From IMG/VR virus record IMGVR_UViG_3300047283_000054: a DNA stretch of 64,000 bases. The stretch is one strand, 5' to 3'. Numbering within the stretch: the first letter of the stretch is position 1; the number at the start of each line of letters is the position of its first letter. A model generated the notes under the pieces. The model made no database searches. It had not been told where the DNA came from and saw nothing but the letters and a program-made list of their open reading frames with translations. The stretch is from a virus (Duplodnaviria; Caudoviricetes). Of this stretch, positions 51,501-59,251 are shown piece after piece. The position numbers were made by a program, and so were the translations under genes.

Positions 51501-54500
51501 TCAACCAAATTTCCATTAATGTATTCGCCGTACAATTTAGTATATGAGCCGTCGTGACCTTGAATAAAATATGTAGGTTGAGAATAATTACTATCTAATA
51601 CAACGCCAGGAATAAATGATGGGTACAGTCCCAATTTAGTAGGTGTGTTTGGAACATAACTTCCAAATGTTTGATTATATTCTTTAATTGTTACTATATC
51701 ACCAGGTGATAAATCTTTTGTAATAGTCAATGATGGAGTATCAGTACTTACAGTATAATCCTGATTAGTAATTAATTGTTGTGTTGATGTAAAGTTATCT
51801 ACTGTTGTAGTCAAATAAACTAATACACCATAATAATTTGCAGTATCAAAATCATAAATTCTTGTTAAAGGGTATATGCTTGTATCTAATGAATTAGCAA
51901 AAGTATAGGTATTAGTAACATATGCCGCTTTACTTGGCAACATATCACTCCAGAAGAAAGATTCTGATTCTGTTTTATTCTGAGTAATTTGATCTAATGC
52001 ATCATCTAAAATAGTTGCAGGAGATTGATACACGTTATATGCAGTTCTATCTATCGTGTAAACTAATAATGCTCTGAAATTAATATACTGCTGACTATTA
52101 TACTGCAATGAGTTTATAAGATTATTATTTTGTGACCTTAATAATGATCCAGGTAATGCTAAACTTGCGCTATTTTGAATAATCTTGTTTCCCCATGGTA
52201 CAAGATTACCCAAATCACGGTAATTGTTTGAACCAAAAACATCGCCGGTTGTGTTTGGGTTGTTATAGAAAATACTTTGATATTGTCCGCGAATATCACC
52301 TACGTTAACAACAGATACATCATCATTAAACGGATTATTTTGTAAGTTGATAGGTATTTGATAGTACGCAGTTGTACTTACTTGGTCACTTAATAATGTT
52401 ATCTCAACTACTGTATCAATCAATGGATTGGGTACAGTGAAATTTACAATTGTAGAATTGTCTGTAATAGTAAAAGTATAAGTTGATGTGTCTTGTAATA
52501 CGTTATTAACGTAAACTTGAATATTAGGCCATACGGTATTTGTTGCGGCAGCTATATCACAGGTATAGGTTGTTGTCGCTTCAGATGCAACATAGTTAAA
52601 AGAAAATATTTGATATTGACGACTTTCTGCAACAGCAGTTTGCCATCCTAATTGTCTAACAACAGTTGTTCCAGATGTGTAATTATATACATAACCTGTA
52701 TTAACTTTTTGTGTGATAGGTGTTGTGCCACTTACATAATTGAACGTTTCACTATTTAAAGGTACATCAAAGCTAATGTCACCCACGTTATTAACCGCAC
52801 TATAACGTAATGGGAATCCTAATACAATATCTTTGATGCCAGAACCAATTCCGTAACTGAATAATTTGTTGCCAGCAAATGATGTACCTACATACACATC
52901 GGTGTCACCAAAGCTAATGCCATCATTATCAAATATATCAAAGTATGGTGCTTGATTAACTGTTGTTTTTTGTTGTGCGATTAACCAATCAATACCATCA
53001 AAGTAAAAATCTTTACCTTCATTATTGTATCCCTTAAATGCAAAGGTGCATTCCAACGGTAATACTAATCCGTCACTTGCTTCAGTAAGAGTAATTACCG
53101 GCGTGCCTGTACCTTGTATATCAGAAAATCTTACAACATATATTTTGTTTTTAACATTTTCATTTATATCAGCAGAAAACACAATTCTTGCACCATCATA
53201 CAATGAATAGTTATCATTTGATAAGTCATTTGCTACCAATGATGAACCTGTCGTAGCAGGTATCGTTGTAGAAGTATCCCAAGTCACAGTAAGTGTTAAG
53301 GTTGTTGTTCCAGTAATAGTAGTAATTTGAGTATTTCTAGGTAGTACATTGGTAGTATCACTTATATATTGTCCAACCTGAAACGTGCCAGTAACATCTG
53401 ATGCGGGAACAGTAATTGTCGTACTTGTTCCAGTAACACCTGCAATAATTGCAGTATAAGCAGTATAAACTTCAACATCTGGCCAATAGTTTTCTTGACC
53501 GGCTACAAGTGTAAATGCATCAGTTGTTCTATCATCAAAAAAGTCGATTGGATCTTTGCCAATGACACCATTATTAAATAATCTTAAATTAGGGTAAAAC
53601 TCAATGATTGGGCGTTTAGCTTTATTGTCTTGTGTTGCATATATTGTTGCAATCGCAGGATTATTGTTATATGTGGCAGTTGCATTGATAACATCAATGT
53701 GGAACCAACGATTGCTTCTTGACCAAGCATTTTTATCTATACTGTTTCGTGCAATCGTAATATAATCTTGATATACAGGAATATACAGTGTGCTATCATA
53801 GTTACCTATATCATATGGCAATGAATCAAATGGAGTGTATGCACCTTCAGTAAAAGGTTCTGGTGTAATAAGGTCTGCAACATTTATTAATTCAATAGCA
53901 GTACCAACACCTTCTACATAATATTCACCATCTTTATAGCTTGTAGGAAAAATATCTCCACTGAAACTTACTTTAAGTCCATTGGTAAATACTACACCAT
54001 TTGGGCTTGTGTACTGTGATTGACCTAATATTTCAGTAATATCTATTTGATTAGTTGAATTGCTTTCAATCAATCTAATGATGCCAACCTTGTTAGCACT
54101 TGTACCGTCTTGGTAATACAATGTATCTAATATAGCACTTAGATATGGTACAAGATTAATAGATCCACTAGTGTTGCGGAAAAAGTTTCGTGCTTTCCAT
54201 TCTGTGCCATAGTTCGCAGTAATCTTTTCATTTGTTGGAATATTACTTGCTGGAACTAATCTTAATACAGGATCAGATGGATCGCCCACATAAGTTATTG
54301 TGTAGAATGTAGCAGATGTGTCTGTATAAAAACCACCTTCAAAATTATTAAAATCAGCACTGGATCCAGGTGGTGTATAGATCGCACCACCATCTTCATC
54401 ATATAGTGTTGTGTCATAAAATTTAGAAACAAATCCCTGTTCATCAACAACACCGGTATTGTAAAACATAACAGTAAGACCTTCAAGTCCTGTCACGCCA

Positions 54501-55339
54501 TCAATGTTACCAACATCGCTTAACAGTTGACCATTAATTTGATCAAACGGTGTAGTAGATACAACATCTACTAAATTGTTACCCGGGAAGTTATATTCGT
54601 CTTGTGCATTCTTATAAGGTACAGTGAATATTACAACACCTGCGGTTGCACCATTATTTTCAACACCCAATACATCACGTGTTTGCACATTTAGTTGTTG
54701 TGGATCGTATCCAGTAACACCTGGCTTACCTTGAATCCAAAATTCAGTAGGCTGATTTACAGTAAACGTGTATGTGCCACCACGAATCAATGTTAATGTG
54801 GGATTAGTTGTGCCTCCGGGGTTAACGTCACTTGATATATTATATCCGTTAGGTAAACTTCTAACTGTATAGTCTGTTGCGTTATAAACAATATCCGTAG
54901 AAATATTAACAGATGGTGCACCTGTTGGCAACCAATAATATTGATTGAAATTAATTATTTTATCTAAGTTAGTAAAGCTATCCCAAGAATAAAATTCACT
55001 GTTGAATAATCTATCATTGTTATCTGTTAATGCACCTTCTAATTTTAATGCATCTATAATACCAGGATAGCTAATAAAATCTTTTGCAGTATTTGTATTT
55101 GTTTTCGTGAATACAACGCCCGGGTCTAACTGATAATCTCTACGAACTTTTGTAGGTTCTACTACATAATTATCTTTAGCGTTAATACCATAACCAAATT
55201 TACTACCAATATATCCCTCAATCCTCATTGTATTGGGTTGGTCAACGATTTGATCCAGCGTTGCACCTAAAAATTGACTATTAGTAGGTGTTTGGAATAT
55301 CTCTGGTAAAAAATTTAGTGTTCTAATTCGTGCTGCCAT
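36563..55339 (-). CDS. Giant 6258-aa virion structural protein (baseplate wedge/fibre-like mosaic)
   Basis: Single uninterrupted ORF after the gp6-like gene. Starts RTLNFLPEIFQT. Contains FG-GAP-like repeats (FGYSL...IGAP), BNR-like repeats (AVGxxGVIxTSxDGxxW) and many PxxFTGxxFGGxxxxxxYYV repeats. Confidence 0.8.
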   Translation of the reverse strand: MAARIRTLNFLPEIFQTPTNSQFLGATLDQIVDQPNTMRIEGYIGSKFGYGINAKDNYVVEPTKVRRDYQLDPGVVFTKTNTNTAKDFISYPGIIDALKLEGALTDNNDRLFNSEFYSWDSFTNLDKIINFNQYYWLPTGAPSVNISTDIVYNATDYTVRSLPNGYNISSDVNPGGTTNPTLTLIRGGTYTFTVNQPTEFWIQGKPGVTGYDPQQLNVQTRDVLGVENNGATAGVVIFTVPYKNAQDEYNFPGNNLVDVVSTTPFDQINGQLLSDVGNIDGVTGLEGLTVMFYNTGVVDEQGFVSKFYDTTLYDEDGGAIYTPPGSSADFNNFEGGFYTDTSATFYTITYVGDPSDPVLRLVPASNIPTNEKITANYGTEWKARNFFRNTSGSINLVPYLSAILDTLYYQDGTSANKVGIIRLIESNSTNQIDITEILGQSQYTSPNGVVFTNGLKVSFSGDIFPTSYKDGEYYVEGVGTAIELINVADLITPEPFTEGAYTPFDSLPYDIGNYDSTLYIPVYQDYITIARNSIDKNAWSRSNRWFHIDVINATATYNNNPAIATIYATQDNKAKRPIIEFYPNLRLFNNGVIGKDPIDFFDDRTTDAFTLVAGQENYWPDVEVYTAYTAIIAGVTGTSTTITVPASDVTGTFQVGQYISDTTNVLPRNTQITTITGTTTLTLTVTWDTSTTIPATTGSSLVANDLSNDNYSLYDGARIVFSADINENVKNKIYVVRFSDIQGTGTPVITLTEASDGLVLPLECTFAFKGYNNEGKDFYFDGIDWLIAQQKTTVNQAPYFDIFDNDGISFGDTDVYVGTSFAGNKLFSYGIGSGIKDIVLGFPLRYSAVNNVGDISFDVPLNSETFNYVSGTTPITQKVNTGYVYNYTSGTTVVRQLGWQTAVAESRQYQIFSFNYVASEATTTYTCDIAAATNTVWPNIQVYVNNVLQDTSTYTFTITDNSTIVNFTVPNPLIDTVVEITLLSDQVSTTAYYQIPINLQNNPFNDDVSVVNVGDIRGQYQSIFYNNPNTTGDVFGSNNYRDLGNLVPWGNKIIQNSASLALPGSLLRSQNNNLINSLQYNSQQYINFRALLVYTIDRTAYNVYQSPATILDDALDQITQNKTESESFFWSDMLPSKAAYVTNTYTFANSLDTSIYPLTRIYDFDTANYYGVLVYLTTTVDNFTSTQQLITNQDYTVSTDTPSLTITKDLSPGDIVTIKEYNQTFGSYVPNTPTKLGLYPSFIPGVVLDSNYSQPTYFIQGHDGSYTKLYGEYINGNLVDFRDQALLEFETRVYNNLKLTDIVPITEYDVIPGFFRTTNYSYDEVLQIYSQYFLNWVGQNRVEYKKQFYQPNDQFSYNYTQSGNRINGQPIPQGFWRGIYEYFYDTSTPETTPWEMIGFTNQPTWWNDRYGAAPYTSDNLVLWGDMAAGINWNNGDPVVLPEFIREELLSVIPVDSSGNLLSPFDAVMGNYNFRTFKNEWAVGDVGPVEFSYRRSSSWPFDLMKILALTKPAQFFNLGFDVDNYKFSTEFNQYLVNNRSHLVISDVAIYGNGTPKTSYINWIVDYEKQVGINATQNITDLFDNLDVRLIYRLAGFSDKSLLGFYVEKGTPNSRNASLLIPDESYSVVLYDNIPITTLIYSGVVVQSTNAGWKVFGNSQDTAYFTTVTPKINGNYNKVTVGNLSVQLANDYVENKTNIVPYGTEFVDLQSLSQFIASYGTYLLTQGVLFDQIESGIDVNWRQMVTELLYWAQSGWETGSLVNLNPAANLITINKESHVVQPLTLQRQNFILNQNFYPIQSNELSVTRDSTFFSATPLNEGDTVAYGQFNISNFEHGIVFDNVTVFNDVLYNLTTGLRQTRILTRGTKSADWNGTIDAQGFILNQDNIEEWSPNQKYTRGSIVEYKNKYWFALKVLNAKDIFEEQYWKETDYNEIQKGLLPNSSTRSYESTLFYDTNKTNLDQDSDLLSWSLIGYRPRDYLALADLTDITQVNVYKNLIKEKGTRIAANSFKGLTLPQGGIDYDVYENWAIKTGEFGGVLNNNFVDFRLNQNQLTGNPSIVGLTTGVYTDGVEQEVPLYSVFNYGRPINNPNVLPTLPSDTPNRVFPDAGYPNFNDVKISSYYYNGLNTATTPLSQLYVNEYVWLADYNSTWQVYTPTSAGQVVGAINNLNGTVTLQFATPHNLAKYQPFAIVNFNSNIDGYRIVATVVDPFRVTILLSLSSALTTITGEGVAMKFSSQRVATPSDINNLPLLDSEFVKNKVWVDENDDGSWAVYRKSLNYVYEDELLKTNSLTYGSAVAQTSNLGYLITDADNGVAYRYSYSPVFDSYSIVQTITEDVSFGSTIAYTDNLFVISQPTGAAYTDRKVYIYDLVINNLVNELQEVQVIESPDDDSVTNWGSSIALSGDQNWLYISAYEQNLVYVYRKSALTTLYELSDTITVAGLSAGDNFGYSLATNYYGNIVAVSAPENDTVVADLGTAYTFERLVQTFEAPYNSSPFAPQTFSLIFTPATLTPEASSITSNAITLDDVTGLVVNMPVVFTGTVFGNVSLNQVYYIKTIVGSTVTLSLTRGGAVVTLLNSSGTMTLVAQVEPIFVSVNGTLIADNNYAIVGSTINVYQSLTAGDIITVSGSEFVLTQEFTSVDANPEVGTNFGYSLDVDTYANELLIGAPFEINSQNAEGAVYRYTYGGSSYGIVTGTTECNITSATTILVNGYAVAIPAGNATTTANAITSANITNVTASASNNILTIQVISVDLAFVNAKLTVSVLDADVLDQLGIQLYTQTQLINDPHSQGRTQFGSTIKFNSSGSFVVSAPASARYAETTFDASDDENYDNDTLFDNNTTQFIDSFVNAGAVYMYDYLPVYNENVNNSGAYVYAQSVNALNEDYGSQPYYGTALDFNNNSVIIGTPNFRPGYDNGQVVIYNNSTGEADWTVYRNSAPIVDTEAIQNVQLYSVSTNNTLDNLDYIDPLQGKLLGAVRENLDIVSNTDPANYNSPDATNKGSTVWGPGQLGKLWFDTSTTRFVNYHQSDDVVYNSKWWGRVFPGSDVKVYSWVTSDVEPIAYQGPGTPRSIDDYAIEYRLNSTGALVPVYYYWVRNTNLVFTQIGKTLSDTICESYVATPLSTGISYMAAIQPNVFGLYNCSSNINDTDTAMHIGFATGTNDDVSHSVYSLIRSNYADDFLPGIPGIGDTVVPESLYNRLLESFSGVNQTGAVVPDPFLPKPVQSGILVRPRQSFFYNRFKALENYLQFYNTVLAQYPLAETSSLKFLFTEGAINPSTVDNPNWPGAPELFYNTQDYWELINWWAPGYNDNTKSAMLVESYYDLAPINAQLGLIVTVNNNGDGLQETYVYDGIEWVRIGLQNGTIQFSSSLWDYAEARIGFGDNFFDTTPFDTFPSEETRSIIRAVNEELPSNLLLFRNKSLILMFNYIVSETIESQNYLPWLNKTSFIDVGHTIRELLPLEVFQSDNQEFLSGYLNEAKPYHVVIKDFLFKYTGTDVYEGEITDFDLPAQYNTQFQQYITPELVYANPSGINQYLPTDPIWQTQPYINWFNNQGLSITGVNDYPITLLLSYLTLNSTSMVVDNVFGFPTTGVILIGTEEIAYSSVDRAYSTLSGLTRGVNGTTITNHLPGEQIIIDLPPVLLLNGGRGYAEPPKVTAYIDTTIYPAPRRAAILQPVMNLDTILRIDVIDPGEGYQVLPEIRIDPSEIVTFANTDVDLLTNTITLQTQFVQTGDLIQYYVGTNTTAVGGLDDGQYYYLAVLENTPFYVVALYTSYANALQDHDRVVLTGTGTGSNNNIAVSARASCVSTSTPIRENIVTLRFDRTTYDSQVTEWAPDNFYGSFYAGLFNNSTRIASSAITLEQTQPPVDDILASAQGATFEIQDIANDQVLTWSSFIRQVGETVDAGPGVPDDEKRYFVRLTYDSTQPNASGSTIGFYVGMPVKFTGAVGPVITNNTTYYVADVINESDFSISTTVSGSVLPLTDYTVTAAGMSCYVGEVTNTAVVTIAYPGILDVTATELTTNFITTPTLPTGTAGTSGFYVGLPVYFVGNVFGGIIENETYYIITVIDSETFTISTTNDPLILTATNTTVTTNLVTVGSTLELSVNDPIIFTGTVFGGLVAGQIYYVASIFNGTQITLSTIINGPVTTLSTGTGSCTLTSQATALQLTTATGSMTMNVGLPVSPGQVTGQLFTFYPTVASVGTGVSGTNGNLVTRDTVASTSNGNYLYLRYLSGGLTNIYNNLPFVLSESIGGLTAGTTYYVVSNSALAVEVASSSSSTNEYTLASGTLTTGFYIGMPISFSGAVFGNVVALVTYFINSYDLGGDTFTITDTIGGSDLVLTTDNGQMTLTADNPYITLTDTLGDPAIGLTDEILETVFTQDPDTSSPPTFNVGKKLGGYTIDVVNQGSGYTFDNTITISGALLGGTSPLNDLVLTVNGIDVIVANANPNYDFLLPIESDGNVTSVIGSGTPAGIVRQYYLKVISATECEVYANPLLTVPVDGLVLETEYTLGDYVFLPEPFYFNQSIVKYNNQVWQCIISNNDNEFIIGKWELLNSGSRKLNELDRIIGYYDPTVNMPGVDLTQLIEGITYPNSTYLDNAFAPEDQYTLDTILQDQPFYPTSVDTVAISWNGTRYVGVINTPDYTASILSSDATSWTVNKIVNTPINATDIVYADSMFVVTCNNPTTPIYTSTDGIVFTTSAGGTGSLTVDSTSLSSVAYGNAIWIAVGENIVLSTDTFSWAQVDTFTNGLVNNLNSVAYVNIPSYVGFISVGNGQEIISGSTQGTNVIKISSDGYVWTTLPVVSYKGFNGVTSSSSTIVAVGDDGVIYTSLNGANWAGVNESNVISVNSSTNVINVGSTTGFAIDDEVRFTTSFDVISSSTSYYIVDIVSATQIQVSTTEGGSPITLSGVSPTSTTFMYIYPTGATLNDVLYANSLFMAVGNNGVIKTSSDGYTWTPETSGTTKDLNGITYNSDDGEWVVTGEDNVIITSSNGSDWTSSSVFSTNPTVYDVQGDAFTAGYGPEELVPGVVTDNLTMVVTTRPGTDWDAAIYGHVGYNVVSTEIVPDSGQTEFSFEGVVENPANMSLFDITTATNTSIRIYDFTVDWVNKVVTIGTALSVDHTLRLDLYEVGNGNQLVKANSQTIPFVDNESTGFVEMPLNCNYSANRFNGSGIIRPNTDPKSVNAIETDALDNGIVCESVDYFAVNAPITFQGAVFGGIVSDTTYWIKTISYITNKITVSASVSSGIAGPTFDVTSATGTMLVNIQSTNGLVWTDPVVVHNGTELVLGEQGIVSETKSGTNKVVVNSTDHYDVGDTVIFSDAIETGSFVSCGLTAHQQYYITSITGFEFTVSLTLGGPSVILADATGIALCITNDYAITIADVGTSAKMVFANQYDQTNDFVVLSVFGETAPIQYGYSLPEVELFNLNTAVTEFTLSNYVGGDNAKNAIVEYNGLRLVETSDYTIDFNTEILSLNFGTSAGDTVAVTSYNLTDRQYLHTTYGGTFSGSTTNSFYIGSTTHTPGYDAELIVGELIVGTEYVITDLGTTTQTDWNTIAGTSAIVYVVGDVITCADAGVGMGDGVVAIGWGETWSPGPDYLTLSSGDTNSLNINDAITFTGTVFGGIVANQTYYVVNIISSTEFAVSETPGGPAIQLTTDFGSMIGITNPPTVAPISGVDNLITAPITVGITSVSDTGNIVTCSSTTGFSTNQPIQFKSSSPSTPYGNVLCDGTVYFVSSVVNSFDFIISETPGGSEFEPGNDSGAILAEVGGNPAVSITTGVPHNLAENDIVRIDGTTGSIQLNNNTYYAKIISATQLALYNSPYDPTANAINDPVTVVSTWTGGGYVWLDKTFTITTTIATATTTSTNNITVDSSAELILGTPIIFTGSDLLGGLESEVTAGSFTEGNTYQINSQGTTDFTLIGALNNNVGTNFVATGVGTGTGIATAIYYVYDKPSATTFRVTAVRDGDVFALTNDTGSMNVSQWEQGNVDRLWVTVNGYRIPSSALRLNPDNNLSILSTVEPGDVVIITSMIPTSTPNEAVYLQNVNKTGIQSVYRANTLTRTWLTEILQDTDDTIYVEDVTKITETIIQNEVAPADIDGIISIGLEGDKQAICQVIVYNNDTTQTVDPANYYIAIEATAPILKITGGVTATNSLTITVILGNLIYVNGEQIGFTTVNFDTNTVTGLQRGANGTGEQTIIPKYSEVYGILSSNKLPTVYNVLTWNSYNYNLVDGDPLQISTTFSANFLNADVP

Positions 55340-55360
55340 TATAACTCTCTGGTTGTTATA

Positions 55361-55368
55361 TACTTATC
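55361..55368 (-). promoter_or_regulatory. Putative late promoter variant GATAAGTA
   Basis: Overlaps the gp6-like stop codon, about 21 nt upstream of the giant gene. Confidence 0.5.
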
Positions 55369-58300
55369 TTATTTGTAATTGCACTGGTGTTAAAGCCGCA
55401 ATCACTACTACATCACTTGCAGTTGCACCATTAACAAAAATTTCATAAGGTGCTGATTTGATTTCATACAAATCTCCAAAGCTCATAGTTGGATCGTTTG
55501 GTACAAGTACAACCGAACTTACAAGGTCTCCTAGTTGTGCGTGTAAATATGCTCCTAATTCACTAAAATAAAATGTGTCACCAAAGCTCCAATTATTAAT
55601 ATTAAAATAACTATTCATTGCAGATAATACTGCACTACGTATTTCACTATCACTTGCGTTAGTTGATGGTGACTTGATTACCTTAACTGTTCCTTGCAAT
55701 TGTGCAGGAGCTTTTGTTCCAAATAAAGGAAGAAAGCGAACACTATTTGGTATGACACTATCTGTTAACATTTTATAATCATCTAAATTACCATATGCTT
55801 GTTGTAATTCATTAATGGTAGGGGTATCTGGTTTAGCTACTGTACCGGTAGTATCTTGTATCCAATTTGTGTAGGCTGTATAGTATGCCTGTGTTACCAA
55901 ATATAAATCAATAATATTTGTAGTAGCAGGATCAATACGTGTTGTATTGTTACTGTTATGTCTATATTGATATAATATTGCTTGTCTTCCAGGCTGCATG
56001 CTATATTGTGGTTGTTCAACTACAAGATAATAAGGTGTTGTTACACTTGTGTCTTGTACAGTAGTATAAAATACATTTTCACTGAATGCATAGAATACTT
56101 GACCTAATGGATATTCATATTTAATTACTTCGATGTTTGTTAATGTTGGGTACTGATATATTACATCACTGGTAGCAATTAATTGGTAGCGTGATAAATT
56201 AACAGCATCTTCAATTAATTCAAAGAATGTGTAGATACCTGTATTACTTGAACCAGTTACATAACCGGTTACTGTTTGGAAGAAGTCAGGGTCAACAACA
56301 ATTTCATTGTTGTTTATATCTATACTTGCTACTTCAACTTCAAAATCATTTACATAGCCATCGCTCTCAACAGTTTGTCCAATTACATTCATTTGCACTG
56401 GTCTTGATAATGGTGCATTACTATTTGGTTGTGTGTTTGAAGGTAATACTTTAACGTAGTCAGCTAATATTTTACCAGTAAATGGGTCATATACTAATTT
56501 ACCACTCTCATACCAGAAGCGTGTATCTGCGACACTACCAAAATAATATCTTAATGACTTATACTCAATTTGATATCTGTTATTACCAACACTGTTAAAG
56601 TTTACAAACCAACCTGTAGCATTATATGCATCAATACTCCAGCGGTCTTGCGTAATCAATAATGAGTTGTCAAATAACAAACTGAAACTCTGATTTAATT
56701 CCATTCTGATAACACATTCATTAATAACTGCTGTAGGAAGTGTGTTACCAAATGATGGTATAACCTGTGTGATAATTGCTCCAGTTGGAATATATCCGTT
56801 TAGTGTAACTGGACCTGAGCCGTTGCTGAAATTACCTTCACCGTTATTATAACCATCACCGATAACACTTAATACAGTAGTCCAAAAGTATGTAGTATCA
56901 CTTGCGCTTGCAATGCCATAAACTAATCGATTGTTATCATCAAAGTACGAACCAGTTGGTGCAGTAACTTTAATTAATGCACTCTTAGTCACATATTTCA
57001 TATTATGTGTATTGTATGTTCCAGTTGCGATAGGTGTGTTTGCTGAACCATCAATGTTATAAAAATAACCAGTGATGCTATTTGCATCAACTGTGCTGGT
57101 ATTCCAATAAACGGTACCATCTCCAGATGCGGTATTGATGTTATAGCGTGGATAATTTTGTAGATAATATTGTCTTGCTCTATTATCAGCTAACGCTAAT
57201 GCTAAGTTATCAGTTAAGAACTTAATAATATCGCCAGTGTTAGTTATGGTCAATAACAAATTACCGTTATCACTATTTTGATATAAACCACCGTCACTTG
57301 CAAATGAATTCGTGCTGGAGTATTTTCCTGTAGGATCAAGTAGGTCTAAGTTTTTAGACACGCCAATAGAACTGCGATTAATAGCGGCACTTTTAATAAT
57401 TGAACTGTATAATGTATATGGGAAATTTGTATAATCTTCACCATTAACCATTCTGTTCTGAGTATAATATCTTGCAGGAGCACGTAGTTTAATGTTTGCT
57501 AATGTTTCTCTGGCTTGCGCTGTTGAAGCTGGTGTTTGTAATGCTAATCCTATAGTGAGTGCTTCTGTTCGTCCTGCTCTGCTAATATACTGTATTGTTA
57601 CTTGAATCCCTTGCATTTCAGTTGGGTCGATTGTATATGTCAATGCATTACCTGCACGAACATATGCTCTAAATGATCCAACTGGTGCTTCGGAAAATAC
57701 TCCATCACCGAAAGTATAACTAACTTGGTCATTGAATCTGGAAACAACTGAGAATACTTTTTTATAACTAGTCTCTGTTTGTAAACTTGCATTTGCATAA
57801 ACGCTGTCTACTAGTCTCCACAATGTTCTACCACCATTGCTAGCATTAAGTTGATATAACCACGTATCTGTATTATTAACACCTTGAATGTCGATATCAA
57901 CTACTTGGTTACTAATCTGTTGAGCTAGATTAAAATCATAACTCTGTAATGTTCCTTGCTTAAAGTAAAAGAAGAAACCTGTATTTGGACTACCGTAACC
58001 TAATCTGTCGTTACGATACATCATATTCATTTTACCACTTGGGGCAGGTGGTATCTCATAGATATAATCCTGATCTAAACTTGTAGCACTCACTAATTCA
58101 AAATTCATATTGATAGTGTCTACGGTGCTAGTAAAAGGAACGATTGGTAAGTTAGCAGGAGGAATGTTAATACTGTATTCATCAGTCTTAACTCCTAGCA
58201 AATCAGCACTATTTCCAGGACGACCCACTCTTTGACTATTAATCAATGTACTATTGATAATTGTATTGAACTGTTCTAACCAATTAATATTTGCAGGGTC

Positions 58301-58735
58301 ATTCCAAAGAATAGTTTGATTGCTTAGATTAACACCATTAATGTCTGTGATATTTTCAGTTGTACTGATATTAGTTACTTTTAGATAACCCTGTCCTGCA
58401 ATGTTACGTTTAGGATTATAGCTAACTAAGTTGGCTAGTTTAACAACACTATCTCTACGTTCAGCAGTATCAATAAAGTTTTCACGTGTGTTTAAGTCGT
58501 TGCGGAAAGCTAGACCTTGTCCCATAAACGCAATAACGTCAAGCAATGCGATAAACTCACTTGATTCAATGTAATCGTTAAACGTTTCAGGATAGTACAC
58601 TCGCAGATAATCAATGAAACTCTTACGCAGGGTCTCATAATCGTAGCTTTTAAAGTCTGCTTCTCGGAAGGTTTGGTAGATGGCCTGCCAATTTTGCACA
58701 CCAAATATTGCTGATTGTCTTGAACTTGTAGCCAT
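55364..58735 (-). CDS. Baseplate wedge subunit, T4 gp6-like
   Basis: FNDYIESSEFIALLDVIAF...ENFIDTAERRDSVVKLANLVSYNP...FGDGVF...ETLANIKLRAPARYYTQNRMVNGEDY. Confidence 0.85.
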   Translation of the reverse strand: MATSSRQSAIFGVQNWQAIYQTFREADFKSYDYETLRKSFIDYLRVYYPETFNDYIESSEFIALLDVIAFMGQGLAFRNDLNTRENFIDTAERRDSVVKLANLVSYNPKRNIAGQGYLKVTNISTTENITDINGVNLSNQTILWNDPANINWLEQFNTIINSTLINSQRVGRPGNSADLLGVKTDEYSINIPPANLPIVPFTSTVDTINMNFELVSATSLDQDYIYEIPPAPSGKMNMMYRNDRLGYGSPNTGFFFYFKQGTLQSYDFNLAQQISNQVVDIDIQGVNNTDTWLYQLNASNGGRTLWRLVDSVYANASLQTETSYKKVFSVVSRFNDQVSYTFGDGVFSEAPVGSFRAYVRAGNALTYTIDPTEMQGIQVTIQYISRAGRTEALTIGLALQTPASTAQARETLANIKLRAPARYYTQNRMVNGEDYTNFPYTLYSSIIKSAAINRSSIGVSKNLDLLDPTGKYSSTNSFASDGGLYQNSDNGNLLLTITNTGDIIKFLTDNLALALADNRARQYYLQNYPRYNINTASGDGTVYWNTSTVDANSITGYFYNIDGSANTPIATGTYNTHNMKYVTKSALIKVTAPTGSYFDDNNRLVYGIASASDTTYFWTTVLSVIGDGYNNGEGNFSNGSGPVTLNGYIPTGAIITQVIPSFGNTLPTAVINECVIRMELNQSFSLLFDNSLLITQDRWSIDAYNATGWFVNFNSVGNNRYQIEYKSLRYYFGSVADTRFWYESGKLVYDPFTGKILADYVKVLPSNTQPNSNAPLSRPVQMNVIGQTVESDGYVNDFEVEVASIDINNNEIVVDPDFFQTVTGYVTGSSNTGIYTFFELIEDAVNLSRYQLIATSDVIYQYPTLTNIEVIKYEYPLGQVFYAFSENVFYTTVQDTSVTTPYYLVVEQPQYSMQPGRQAILYQYRHNSNNTTRIDPATTNIIDLYLVTQAYYTAYTNWIQDTTGTVAKPDTPTINELQQAYGNLDDYKMLTDSVIPNSVRFLPLFGTKAPAQLQGTVKVIKSPSTNASDSEIRSAVLSAMNSYFNINNWSFGDTFYFSELGAYLHAQLGDLVSSVVLVPNDPTMSFGDLYEIKSAPYEIFVNGATASDVVVIAALTPVQLQIR

Positions 58736-58752
58736 AGTTATTCTCTTTTAAG

Positions 58753-58760
58753 TATTTATC
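58753..58760 (-). promoter_or_regulatory. Putative late promoter GATAAATA
   Basis: Intergenic, 17 nt upstream of the gp6-like start. Confidence 0.6.
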
Positions 58761-58782
58761 TTAATGGAAAACCACGGTTTTG

Positions 58783-59232
58783 TTATTGAATCGTTGCTGT
58801 GTTAGTTAAATTATTGAAGAATACACTCAATATTTCAGCGTTATTGAAGGGTGCTATAGCTATTTCTACTTCAAGTAATATACCATTTTCTTGCGTATAA
58901 CTCTTAACAGTATTAACTATTAATCTAGGATCACTGTTTGCAATTCTGCGAATTTCAGTTTCAATTTTAAATTGAGTTTGTGCATCATTGGGTTCGAAAA
59001 CAAAGCTCCAAATAGTAGACCCGTATCCAGGATTACCAACTTTTTGACCCTGCTGGATGTTTAATGCATTTATAAAGTCTCTAACCACTAAAGCTTCATC
59101 TACTAAACGATACTTTTTACCCGGGATAGTTGGTTGTAATACACCACCCGTACCACCATCTATACCGGTACTAGCATTAGTTGTCTTTGGTTCATTTGCC
59201 CCAATTGTTGAAAATCCTATATATGTTGGCAT
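58783..59232 (-). CDS. Baseplate protein, gp25/GPW-like
   Basis: LNIQQGQKVGNPGYGSTIWSFVFEP...IANSDPRL pattern; lies between spike and wedge. Confidence 0.85.
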   Translation of the reverse strand: MPTYIGFSTIGANEPKTTNASTGIDGGTGGVLQPTIPGKKYRLVDEALVVRDFINALNIQQGQKVGNPGYGSTIWSFVFEPNDAQTQFKIETEIRRIANSDPRLIVNTVKSYTQENGILLEVEIAIAPFNNAEILSVFFNNLTNTATIQ

Positions 59233-59251
59233 TTTTTATCCTGTAATATAT

